Shown here piece after piece: positions 36,545 to 45,741 of a stretch of DNA of 64,000 bases. Positions within the stretch are counted from its first letter, which is position 1. The number at the start of each line of letters is the position of its first letter. The DNA is from a virus, in the IMG/VR virus record IMGVR_UViG_3300033149_006345, positions 12,592 to 76,591 of that record; one strand, 5' to 3'. A model generated the notes under the pieces. It saw nothing but the letters and a program-made list of their open reading frames with translations. It ran no database searches and was not told the origin of the DNA. A program made the translations under genes and the position numbers.

Positions 36545-37563
36545 GAGCATTATTACTACGACAAAAGGTGCCCCCTGATGCCAATCGTATAACTTTTCCC
36601 TCGTTTGAGGAAATAGATGATATGTGGATGTTGCTTTTTTATAGAGCATGTAAAAGGCTTGGTTTCTCGTCGGTCGAGGTTTGGAATTGGGGTGGTACGA
36701 GGTATGTGGAATATGATGCGGAGGACTCCGTTAGATTTATTGAGCGGTGGCTCCCGAATTATTGGCCGGATGGTGCCTCTATTTTCTCCCCCGATGATGT
36801 TCAATTGGTTTTTGCTCGTGGTGGTTTTAGGGAATATATACCAATTCTGAATTATTTTAAGAATGCCGTGAAGATTTATTATGGAGCTGGTAAAAGACAT
36901 AACCCTAAGATGTTGGATGACCCGACTGACTATAATGCTGTTTTATGTGATACGAAGGAGCAGGAAAAAGAATTGACTTCGGCGGGATATACCGCTTTTA
37001 CTTTCATAAAACCAGCATGTGATACTATTTTCCACCCTTGGAAAGCTGAGAAATATTACGACGTGGTTTTTATAGCCAACGCCCCGCAACGCCAGTTAAA
37101 GGGACATGATTTTCTTTTTGATGTATTGAAGGGAACGCACTTACACCTTCTTGTTATTGGGATTGCTGATGCTTCTGTTATCTCCTGTGCCACTTTACGG
37201 GGAGTAAACTCTACATTTACTGGTTGGGTACCCAGGAAGGTAATACCTCAGTTGGCTTGTAGAGCCAAGATAGGGGTATGTTGCTCTACTTCTTATGAAT
37301 CGTGTCCACGGGTTATCCCGGAATATTTAGCTATGGATATCCCGATATTAGTGCGGTCTAGTGTTCGCTTCAATACGGATTTATATGTCACGCCGGAAAC
37401 GGGAATGTCGGCAGATGATCATACTTTCCTCAAGACCCTTGAGTATATGGTACATAATTATACTAAGTTTACACCCAGGAAGTATTACGAAGAGCATTTG
37501 TCCCTTGAAGTTGCATCTGTTTATTTTAGCGGACTGTTACGTCCATTTATTAGAGGTTTGTAG
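36541..37563 (+). CDS. GT4-like glycosyltransferase
   Basis: YDVVFIAN, KGH, ESCPRVIPEYLAMDIP. Confidence 0.8.
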   Translation: MRALLLRQKVPPDANRITFPSFEEIDDMWMLLFYRACKRLGFSSVEVWNWGGTRYVEYDAEDSVRFIERWLPNYWPDGASIFSPDDVQLVFARGGFREYIPILNYFKNAVKIYYGAGKRHNPKMLDDPTDYNAVLCDTKEQEKELTSAGYTAFTFIKPACDTIFHPWKAEKYYDVVFIANAPQRQLKGHDFLFDVLKGTHLHLLVIGIADASVISCATLRGVNSTFTGWVPRKVIPQLACRAKIGVCCSTSYESCPRVIPEYLAMDIPILVRSSVRFNTDLYVTPETGMSADDHTFLKTLEYMVHNYTKFTPRKYYEEHLSLEVASVYFSGLLRPFIRGL

Positions 37564-37565
37564 AC

Positions 37566-38516
37566 ATGCGTTTTTTGCGTGGTACAGATCGGTTATCAAT
37601 AATTACTATAGATTATGCCAACCGCTATAATATAGGAAATTATCATCTTAATGCCGAGTTAGCAAGTAACTTCAAGGAGGTGCGTTATTATTTCTTGGAG
37701 AATGGTTTTTCTTTGGATGACCCCTTCTTGTTGTCCAGCGACATGATTTTTATTAACAGACCACTACGAAAGACGATACAGAGAACAGTTGAGGGGGAAA
37801 CCTACCGAAAGCTGAATTTCAAGTCTATTGATGGTATTGTGGTCCTTTTTGATACTGACCCACAGGTTTTAAGTATAAAAGAGCGGGCCAAAGTGATAGA
37901 TAATATTGGCGTGGATCTGTTGCTATTGGGAAATAATGATGCTAGAGTTGTAGAACATAACAGGTTTTTTGGTGGACGTATTTTATGCAAGTGGCTCCCC
38001 TTTGGAGTGAATCTAGATCACTTTTACGATATGGGGATAGAGAGGGATATTGTAAGTGGTTTTATCGGCTCATATAGAAACTATTATTATGGCAAAAGAA
38101 AGGAGATGGTAGAGTATTTACGAGAGAAATTGGGCAACCGTTTCTTTTGGAAGAGGATGATAAAAGAGGAATATCTTTTGTTCCTAAATAGAATAAAACT
38201 GTTTGTCTTAGCAAATGACTTAACTGGTGGTTTCTTTATGAAGCATTTGGAAAGTATGGCTTCTGGTTGTTTGTTAGTGGCTGAATATACTCCTTTGTTA
38301 GAACGTTTGGGTTTTGTGCCTTCTGAAGATCTTATTGTATGGAATACTTTGCAGGAATGTGAGCAAGCTATTTTGTATTATGCTGTTTATGAGGGCAATC
38401 GGGGGCAGATAATAGAAAATGCGAAGAAGAAGATCAAGGAGCATCATACATGGGCACACAGGGTAAAGTGGTTGTTAACTTGGGCAAGTGGAAAAAACCT
38501 AGATATAAGCTATTAA
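37566..38516 (+). CDS. CgeB/Glyco_trans_1_2-like glycosyltransferase
   Basis: WLPFGVN, GFIGS, KHLESMASGCLL, HTWAHRV. Confidence 0.85.
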   Translation: MRFLRGTDRLSIITIDYANRYNIGNYHLNAELASNFKEVRYYFLENGFSLDDPFLLSSDMIFINRPLRKTIQRTVEGETYRKLNFKSIDGIVVLFDTDPQVLSIKERAKVIDNIGVDLLLLGNNDARVVEHNRFFGGRILCKWLPFGVNLDHFYDMGIERDIVSGFIGSYRNYYYGKRKEMVEYLREKLGNRFFWKRMIKEEYLLFLNRIKLFVLANDLTGGFFMKHLESMASGCLLVAEYTPLLERLGFVPSEDLIVWNTLQECEQAILYYAVYEGNRGQIIENAKKKIKEHHTWAHRVKWLLTWASGKNLDISY

Positions 38517-39577
38517 ACCGTGTTGCTGTGAATTTTGGTAATGGGCTGGGTAATTTTGTAATGTTGACGCCTACTCTGCATGGTTTATCTCGGATGTATA
38601 ATGCCGCTATCGACTTGGTTTTTGATGATACATGGCGGGATAGTAGACGGAAGTCTGTAGAGGAATTGTTCGCAAGTTGTTTTTATGGCGGTGAGATTAT
38701 AAATTTTACCGGCCCATCTTCACTTGATTTGGAGCGATATAAGGCGATCTATTGGACTTCTCATGGGGAGGTCAATCCTGCTTGGGAGTATATGCGGGAA
38801 GTAGCGACGATTAAAGCCTCATTTGAGGATGAGGATGATACCTGGAGACAAGTCAAAATACATGAGGTTGATTTTTATCTGAAGCCACTTATTAAACTTG
38901 GTTATATTAAACGACCGACCCCTCAGTTGTTTGGTTTTAACGATGTCAGAAGGGTGGTAAGAAAGGGTTGGAAGACCAGGAGAGGACAAGTTTTCAATGG
39001 GCTTTTGCCTTTGGTTATCGGTTTCTGTAATGGGTTTTTTGGAGAGGAAGACAGCGTTTGGTCAAGGAAAGCATGGCCGTATTTTGGTGAATTGGCGTTG
39101 ATGTTGTACGGGTTTTTTGGGGATTTGGTTGATATTCAATTATTTGGAAAAGGAGCACAAGAGAGACGATGGGCAGAAACGGTAGTATCTATGCTAGAAG
39201 CTAAGAATTACTATGCAAAAAATTTTGTTGACAGGCTTACTTTACCTCATACAATAAAGAAGATGGGTGATGTAGATATTTTTGTTACTACGGATACTGG
39301 TTTAATGCATGTGGCTGATGCCATGGGGATACCGTCGGTGATTTTATTTGGGGCGACATTGGCGAGTAAGAACGGACCATACACTATGCTACGAAAGCGA
39401 CTGGTTCATAGTTTGGAAGGCTGTGCTCCCTGTCAGAACACTTACCATTTCCATCTGTGCAAAGATTACAAATGTATGAGGTCCATCACTCCGGCAGATG
39501 TTTTTCCACAAATTTTGGCGTTGTGTAAATCTATGGGCTTTGTATTTCCTATTTTAAGGGGGCGCAAATGGCGATAG
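38450..39577 (+). CDS. GT9 (ADP-heptose transferase-like) glycosyltransferase
   Basis: GLGNFVMLTP, HEVD, KAWPYF, TDTGLMHVADAMGIPSVILFGAT, C-terminal CAPCQ..C..CM. Confidence 0.88.
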   Translation: MGTQGKVVVNLGKWKKPRYKLLNRVAVNFGNGLGNFVMLTPTLHGLSRMYNAAIDLVFDDTWRDSRRKSVEELFASCFYGGEIINFTGPSSLDLERYKAIYWTSHGEVNPAWEYMREVATIKASFEDEDDTWRQVKIHEVDFYLKPLIKLGYIKRPTPQLFGFNDVRRVVRKGWKTRRGQVFNGLLPLVIGFCNGFFGEEDSVWSRKAWPYFGELALMLYGFFGDLVDIQLFGKGAQERRWAETVVSMLEAKNYYAKNFVDRLTLPHTIKKMGDVDIFVTTDTGLMHVADAMGIPSVILFGATLASKNGPYTMLRKRLVHSLEGCAPCQNTYHFHLCKDYKCMRSITPADVFPQILALCKSMGFVFPILRGRKWR

Positions 39578-40185
39578 ATACGACTATTTCCTTTGTAACT
39601 GATATTAATGATTTGGTTGGGTGGGGTGGTCTTACTTCTAGCGATGTTACAGCTAACTCCACTCTCCTTGAGACATTGGTTAACCAAGTTGCTTCCTTTA
39701 TGGAAAGATATACCAGCAGGAAGTTAAAAGCACGGGATTATGATTACAGCTCTGATTCAGACACGACGGATTCCATTGGGGATGGAGACGGGACTACCAG
39801 ATTTTATACGAAGCAATGGCCCATAAATTCTGTGACCACACTTGTTATTGGGGATGACACTATTTCCGCCGCCTCTGATTGGGATGATGACGGGTATTTT
39901 ATCTATCCCAATGAAGGTTGCATATATTACGAAGATGGATTTGACAAATACAAGCAGAATATCAAGCTAAAATATAATGCTGGCTATAATGCGGATCATT
40001 CCGAGTATGATCTGCTCAAAATGATAACTTGTGCTTTGGTGGGTTATATTTGGGAGAATAGAGATAAACTAGGTTTTAGGCAGGAGTTCCTTGGTAGGTA
40101 CCGTTATACAAAAGGCTCTTTTAAGGATGTAGACTCTTGGGTATGGGAAACTTTGGACTCTTTTAAGAGGCGAGGGGTGGCATGA
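39568..40185 (+). CDS. Head-tail connector/adaptor protein
   Basis: MERYTSRKL, WPINSV, IKLKYNAGY; position. Confidence 0.8.
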   Translation: MAIDTTISFVTDINDLVGWGGLTSSDVTANSTLLETLVNQVASFMERYTSRKLKARDYDYSSDSDTTDSIGDGDGTTRFYTKQWPINSVTTLVIGDDTISAASDWDDDGYFIYPNEGCIYYEDGFDKYKQNIKLKYNAGYNADHSEYDLLKMITCALVGYIWENRDKLGFRQEFLGRYRYTKGSFKDVDSWVWETLDSFKRRGVA

Positions 40186-40541
40186 GTTATCTTGGTTTGT
40201 TGAAACAGACCTGCAATATTTCTAGGGCGACTATTTCCCAGGGTTCCGGTGGTGAGTTGGATGAGAGCTGGGAGGATGTGGCTACTTCTGTAAAGTGTTC
40301 TATTCAGATGACAACGATTTCAAGGGAAGAATATTCCAGTATGTATGGCGGTGAGGCGACAAGAACGACTTTTGTTGGTTTCTTCCCATATGGTACGGAT
40401 ATAAGGGAAGGTGATAGAGTAGTGATGCAGGATAATGGCGATAATCGTATATTTCATGTGAATAGAGGACCAATTATTGATACAGTTGGCAGGAAACATC
40501 ATATTGAAGTTGATTTGGAGCTGGTGGATGCTACAAACTAG
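40182..40541 (+). CDS. Head closure/stopper protein
   Basis: W.DVAT..C, DIREGDRV, HHIEV; position. Confidence 0.75.
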   Translation: MSYLGLLKQTCNISRATISQGSGGELDESWEDVATSVKCSIQMTTISREEYSSMYGGEATRTTFVGFFPYGTDIREGDRVVMQDNGDNRIFHVNRGPIIDTVGRKHHIEVDLELVDATN

Positions 40542-40995
40542 CATCGAAATAGATGTTTCTGAGTTTCAGAAAGCCTTGGAGGCTAGACGGCGTGGGCTAC
40601 GGGCTGCCGTATCCGAGTGTGCTTATTTAGCGGCATCTTATCTTGTGGATAGGATAAAGGATAATATTTTGGAATCTACTCCGGCGGGGAGGATTTATAT
40701 CATACGAGGTGTTTGGCATCAAGCGAGTGCCCCTGGACAGCCACCGGCGGTTTTAACTGGTGATCTGTTAAAGGGGTTTTTTGTGCGAGCCGCTTTTGGT
40801 TATCGGGAGAAAGTTGCTACTGCTTATATTGGTAATCATGTTCCCTATGCAATCTATCTTGAATATGGCACTTATAAGATGGCACCCCGCCCATATGTTT
40901 CCCCAATTATCTTTAATCCGAGTGAGTTGCAATCGGCTGGTGAAGTCTTTGCTGACTGTCTTGTGAGGAAGGGATTGGCAAAATGGTCGAGTTGA
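40528..40995 (+). CDS. HK97 gp10-like neck/tail completion protein
   Basis: HQASAPGQPPAVLTGDL, YAIYLEYGTYKMAPRPY. Confidence 0.85.
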   Translation: MLQTSIEIDVSEFQKALEARRRGLRAAVSECAYLAASYLVDRIKDNILESTPAGRIYIIRGVWHQASAPGQPPAVLTGDLLKGFFVRAAFGYREKVATAYIGNHVPYAIYLEYGTYKMAPRPYVSPIIFNPSELQSAGEVFADCLVRKGLAKWSS

Positions 40996-41447
40996 AGGAT
41001 TATATATACAGCTTGTTAAAAGCTGATGCCACCATTCAGTCTTTGACTGGATATACTGCGTCTGATAGCCGAATCTATCCTGCATATCCCCCGAAAGAGG
41101 TGGTAGTCAATTCTACTTACCCAGGATATATAGTTTTCCGTCTTGTTGGCTATGGTCGAGGCTCGGAATATGTTGATAGGGCTGAAAAGGGAGATATGTA
41201 TTTGCATTTGGATATTTATGGACTCACTTATCGTACTGCGGAAAATATTGCCGTTAGAGTAAATGATCTCCTTGATCTCTACGGTCCTTTTTCTACAACG
41301 AATTACCGAGTCCTCAATTTGGAAGTGGTTGAGCACTCCGACTTCCCTCCGGAGGGAGAATCCACGAGTGAAATGAGATATAGGCGACATATTGTTATAA
41401 GATTGCGTGGAGTGTTGAGTAAGACCGAAGTGGGGAATGTCGCATGA
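40983..41447 (+). CDS. Tail terminator protein
   Basis: IYSLL..D..RIYP..YIVF..LDIY; position. Confidence 0.75.
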   Translation: MVELKDYIYSLLKADATIQSLTGYTASDSRIYPAYPPKEVVVNSTYPGYIVFRLVGYGRGSEYVDRAEKGDMYLHLDIYGLTYRTAENIAVRVNDLLDLYGPFSTTNYRVLNLEVVEHSDFPPEGESTSEMRYRRHIVIRLRGVLSKTEVGNVA

Positions 41448-41686
41448 GAGATATGGTGCAACGTGAGCTAGGCATAAAAGTCGAATGCAAAGGAGAAGTG
41501 CGGGGATGTTATCATTGTAAGGATGTTAGCGGGAAACAAGGGTACTGTTCCAATTGTGGTCGCCGTTTGATAAAGAAGGTAGGGGAAGCATGTGGGGAAC
41601 CACTTGCTTATGTAGAAAAAAATTATGTTTGGACTGGTGCAATACGCATAAAGTGTAAGTGTTGTAAATCTATTACTACCATTTAA
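41444..41686 (+). CDS. Cys-rich zinc-finger protein, Mu Com-like C-terminus
   Basis: CYHC, CSNCG, CGEPLA..IRIKCKCCKSITTI. Confidence 0.6.
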   Translation: MRDMVQRELGIKVECKGEVRGCYHCKDVSGKQGYCSNCGRRLIKKVGEACGEPLAYVEKNYVWTGAIRIKCKCCKSITTI

Positions 41687-41698
41687 GGAGGTTTGCTG

Positions 41699-42205
41699 AT
41701 GCAGACAAGCTACTCAGTTGAAAATGTAAAATTGGGTATTTGCGAGATCGAGTACGATAATACCCATATCGGCCACACTCAAGGTGGTGCCACTTTGAGG
41801 ATTGGTACTTTGGTAGCTGAAAAGAAAGTGGATCGGTATGGGGATGTCCCCGTTGATTATGTTGATATCGGGACGACTGTTGAAGTCGTAACTCGATTGG
41901 CAGAGGAATCATTGACCAAACTTTTGAAGATTCTTCCAACTGGAAGTATGTCCGTAGTTGCTGATCGTCTGACGTTTGGTCGTGCGGTCGGTTCTTCTTT
42001 GGCCGCTCGGCGTTTGGTTCTTGATCCGATTGATGGTTCTGAGCCAATAGTTATTTACAGAGCTGTTCCCAATCCTGGCGAGACCATTGAGGCTGAGTAT
42101 ACCAATGATGGCCAAAGGGTTTGGCAGGTAACTTGGCGTGGTCTGCCGGTTGAGGGACGTGCTGATGGGGATATGCTGTTCCGTATCGGTGGTCCAGCTT
42201 CCTAA
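41699..42205 (+). CDS. Major tail tube protein
   Basis: VKLGIC..IGHTQGGA..DRYG; AAGGAGGT RBS; position. Confidence 0.85.
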   Translation: MQTSYSVENVKLGICEIEYDNTHIGHTQGGATLRIGTLVAEKKVDRYGDVPVDYVDIGTTVEVVTRLAEESLTKLLKILPTGSMSVVADRLTFGRAVGSSLAARRLVLDPIDGSEPIVIYRAVPNPGETIEAEYTNDGQRVWQVTWRGLPVEGRADGDMLFRIGGPAS

Positions 42206-42229
42206 TATTATTTATTGGAGGGTAAGTAA

Positions 42230-42616
42230 ATGAACAAAGATAATGTACAGCAAGATCGAGTAAGGAACTTTGATGAATATGATCAGCCTGAGAGATTTAA
42301 GTTTCGGGGGGAGGTTTACGAAATCCCCCCGATCTCTCAGGATACTTCTGACAGATTGGCTGCTATTTCCGAGAGACTGATTGCTCTTACTGATGAGGGC
42401 AAATATACTGAAGCGAATGCGTGTGTATTCGAGTATGTTTTGGTGGCTATGCTGGGGGACGACTATACCCCAGAGAAATTGGAGGAGATGAGGCAAGATC
42501 GCAAGTATAGGGCTTTCCCCAGAAGGATGTTGCATGATTTGATGTCGTTGATAAATACAATGCAGGGGCTTCCTTCGGAAATGACCCCTGTAGAGGAGGT
42601 TAAGGCAAAAAAGTAA
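42230..42616 (+). CDS. Tail assembly chaperone (gpG-like)
   Basis: Lies between tail tube and tape measure; ends GCA AAA AAG TAA. Confidence 0.85.
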   Translation: MNKDNVQQDRVRNFDEYDQPERFKFRGEVYEIPPISQDTSDRLAAISERLIALTDEGKYTEANACVFEYVLVAMLGDDYTPEKLEEMRQDRKYRAFPRRMLHDLMSLINTMQGLPSEMTPVEEVKAKK

Positions 42617-42942
42617 TAGACCGCTTGAGGATATATTTTGACATTATGAAAGCCTCAAGCGGAGCGATTACTTTTAAGGAGCTAAGAGAGATGCCATTCG
42701 CACAGCTATCTCTCTTAGCTCGTGTAGCCAAGGCTACGCAAATAGAAGATGAAATGCGGTTCATTGGCGGGGTTGCCACTGGTACCTCCGGTAATGCGAA
42801 GCATATGGATAGTCTTGAATTTAGGTATAACCAACTTTTATTTATAAAACCGACTACAGATAGAAACAAGTTACTACAGATCAAGGAGAGAATGAAGAAA
42901 AAGCAACAAAAAACAGTTGGCTCCAAACGACGAGGTAAATAA
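42607..42942 (+). CDS. Tail assembly chaperone extension (gpGT-like) via -1 frameshift
   Basis: A AAA AAG at 42607-42613, GGAGGT at 42595-42600, -1 frame open to 42942. Confidence 0.85.
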   Translation, partial: KKVIDRLRIYFDIMKASSGAITFKELREMPFAQLSLLARVAKATQIEDEMRFIGGVATGTSGNAKHMDSLEFRYNQLLFIKPTTDRNKLLQIKERMKKKQQKTVGSKRRGK

Positions 42943-45726
42943 ATGCCTATAGGCACGCCGGATATTTTAGCGAAATTCAAAGGGGATATTAGCAATTTTG
43001 AGAGGGCCATAGTCCAAAGCTCTTTGGCTGCGGGCAAGTTTGCCGAGCAGATGGCTTCGCATAATAAGACTATGGCTGCCGAGGCTAGGCGTGCGTATCA
43101 AGCCGAGATGCAGAAGGTTAGAGCACTTAGACAAGCTGCCGCTGCTAGAAGGAGACAAGTAGTTGCGATAGAACGGGCGACACGGGAAATACGCCGGTCT
43201 ACAAAGGCTGCGGAGCAACAGAATCATTCCTTTTCCTCTTTTTCTAAGACGTTGGGTACGTCTATTACTCTTTGGTATACCGCTAGAACGGCCATTTACG
43301 CCTTTCGGAATGCTGTTGAAGATGTCATTTCTATTTACCGCAAAGGAATTGAGGCACTAGACGAGTTCAAAACCAGCGTTATTGGCGTCTCTGCTGTAAT
43401 GATTCCTTACGTTAAGGAGGGCACTACAGCAGTTGAGAAAATGGAATTGGCATTGCGGCACAATACCGAAGCCTTCAAAGACATGGAAATTGTCGCCGCA
43501 AAGCATATTGCTACTGGTAAATCTTTGCAGATGGTTTACGAGGCTTTGGCTGTCAGTGGTGTTTTTGCCTCCAAAGAGGATATTGATAATGTAGCGAAGT
43601 TGGCTGATTTTATTACGTTGTACACCAAGGGCCAGCGCCTTGAAGTCCAATTGATACAGGAAATTAGAGGTTTGATGGATGGGCAAGTCAGGGCGCAAAA
43701 TAGGTTGGCATATACTTTAGATAGGCTTTTAGGTGGTAGTCTGAAAGAGTACGTTGAGAAATGGAAGGAAGCCGGTAGGGATCAAAAAGGACAGTTGGTT
43801 GTCTTATCCGAGATAGTCAACCGTCTTGGTAATATTGACGTTTTGCAGGGGGAAATTCTGAATACTGTTGGTGCCTGGAAGAATACTCTTATAACGATAG
43901 GCACCAGGCTCTTGCGGGAAAGTGTAGTTCAGGCGCATTCTGATATTGTTTCCCTTTTGAAGAGAGTAGTTGGTTACGTCTATGATCTTGAAACTGGTTA
44001 CACGAGGCAAGGACGTATTCTACAGTCTATAATTCGAGAGGGTTGGTTGAAAATACGGGATGTTGCGGAAGGCTTTCTTGGTACAGAACTGCGGAATATA
44101 AACCAAGTGATGGATGAGCTTTTGGCAAAGAGCCAGAAGTTTGTGTTTAATTTGGATGGAAAGAAGATTGGAGAACAATTACGGGCAGGGTTTGAAATAG
44201 CTAAAGAGGCGGTTGAAGGTCTCTTTCTGCTGGTGAAAGCATATTTGGTGTATAAAATCCCGTATTGGGCGGTGAAAGCTGGTGAAGCACTGCTAGCAGC
44301 ACTTGCTGGGAGGGCAACAATTGCTGAAGTTGCTGGGTTGTGGGGTTTAGTAACTCTGGTTGTTTATGAGTTAGCAAAAGCGTATAAAGAGGCAGCCAAA
44401 GAATCGGAAACCCTGCAACGAATAAATGAAAAGCTAGCGCCGATTTTTGAACGATTGGCGAAAGCTATGTCAAATCTTTATGGGGCCGAAGTTGGTCTTG
44501 GGGAGGGGGGTAGAACTCAATTTATTAGGAGACCAATTGCATTTCCCCGTGGTGCAAAATACCCAGAAATATTAGAACGACATGGCGCAAGGGCAATAGC
44601 CCCTCCCCCAAGCATGCGCCCCGCTGGCCCGACTTTTGTAACTCCTGATAAGTGGTTTGAAAAGTATAAAGAAGAGCTGGAAGATACAGTAAAGAAGGAA
44701 AAAGAGCTGACTGCGGATGACTGGATTACTCGGAGAATAAAAGGACGGGAAGAAGCATTAGAAAATCTATACAAAGCACAAAAAGCACTTTGGCAACTAA
44801 CGGAAAAGGAGAGAAGGCGTAGAGAGGAAATAGATAGAATAGTTGCCGAAGGAATAGAGGAAGAGAAGAAAAGAAGGCAAGAAGAATTAGATCAATATGT
44901 TTCTGATTTAGGGGAATATCTTGCCCAGCAAGCTAAATTGGCAGAAGAAAGAGCTAGCCTACAGAAAACTTGGCATTTGGAAGTTATACGTCTTACTAAA
45001 GGTGAACTGGAAGCCAAAAAGGAGGCATTGAAGGAAGAAGAGGAGGCTATTAGGGAGAAGTTTGGCAATGATTTGGAGCTATTAAAGTTATACCATAAGT
45101 ACAGAGATAAACTTTTAGAGGAGGAAGTTAGGAAGGATCAGTTAGCCAAAGCTGAAATGCTGTCTAATACCTTCAGCAATTTATCTGAGACTTTTAGGTT
45201 GCAGGGGCAATATAGCAAAAAGTGGTTTAGGATGCACCAAGCTATGGCCGTCTCTCAAATTATAGTCGATACCTCCAGGGCAATTATGGCTACCTTAGCC
45301 AAAGAAGGCTGGTGGGCTTATGCTTTAGCTGGCTCAATTGCTGCATTGGGTGCAGCACAAATTGCTACCGTTTTACGACAAGAGCCACCGACTGTTACCG
45401 GTTTGGCAGAGGGTGGTGTTAGTCCTGGTGGTTTTAAGTCTTTGGCAGAGACGGTGCTTTCCAAACCAACGTATGTTGTTGCTGAAAGACAAGGTAGACC
45501 TGAGGCTGTGGTTCCATTGGACAAATATGATATATCGAGGAAAGGTAAAGGCGGCGGTGCCGTTGTTGTTGGAGATAGATATCAAGTGACTATTATGGCT
45601 GTTGACGCAAAGTCGCTGTGGGATATGTATACCAGAAACCGCCCTGTATTTGAGGGTATGATTGTTGAAATGTTGAGAAGTGGCAAGTCCAATGTGAAGG
45701 CAGCGGCCCGAAGTGCTGTGAGGTAA
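42943..45726 (+). CDS. Tape measure protein
   Basis: 927 aa, helical and Ala-rich, C-terminal LAEGG..PEAVVPL; position. Confidence 0.9.
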   Translation: MPIGTPDILAKFKGDISNFERAIVQSSLAAGKFAEQMASHNKTMAAEARRAYQAEMQKVRALRQAAAARRRQVVAIERATREIRRSTKAAEQQNHSFSSFSKTLGTSITLWYTARTAIYAFRNAVEDVISIYRKGIEALDEFKTSVIGVSAVMIPYVKEGTTAVEKMELALRHNTEAFKDMEIVAAKHIATGKSLQMVYEALAVSGVFASKEDIDNVAKLADFITLYTKGQRLEVQLIQEIRGLMDGQVRAQNRLAYTLDRLLGGSLKEYVEKWKEAGRDQKGQLVVLSEIVNRLGNIDVLQGEILNTVGAWKNTLITIGTRLLRESVVQAHSDIVSLLKRVVGYVYDLETGYTRQGRILQSIIREGWLKIRDVAEGFLGTELRNINQVMDELLAKSQKFVFNLDGKKIGEQLRAGFEIAKEAVEGLFLLVKAYLVYKIPYWAVKAGEALLAALAGRATIAEVAGLWGLVTLVVYELAKAYKEAAKESETLQRINEKLAPIFERLAKAMSNLYGAEVGLGEGGRTQFIRRPIAFPRGAKYPEILERHGARAIAPPPSMRPAGPTFVTPDKWFEKYKEELEDTVKKEKELTADDWITRRIKGREEALENLYKAQKALWQLTEKERRRREEIDRIVAEGIEEEKKRRQEELDQYVSDLGEYLAQQAKLAEERASLQKTWHLEVIRLTKGELEAKKEALKEEEEAIREKFGNDLELLKLYHKYRDKLLEEEVRKDQLAKAEMLSNTFSNLSETFRLQGQYSKKWFRMHQAMAVSQIIVDTSRAIMATLAKEGWWAYALAGSIAALGAAQIATVLRQEPPTVTGLAEGGVSPGGFKSLAETVLSKPTYVVAERQGRPEAVVPLDKYDISRKGKGGGAVVVGDRYQVTIMAVDAKSLWDMYTRNRPVFEGMIVEMLRSGKSNVKAAARSAVR

Positions 45727-45741
45727 ATAGGGGGAAACACT

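Noticed and set aside
23748-39577. Host O-antigen/capsule locus or serotype-conversion cassette
   Set aside because: No membrane proteins, flippase, polymerase or sugar synthesis genes; coupled to phage genes at both ends; no mobility genes or att sites.
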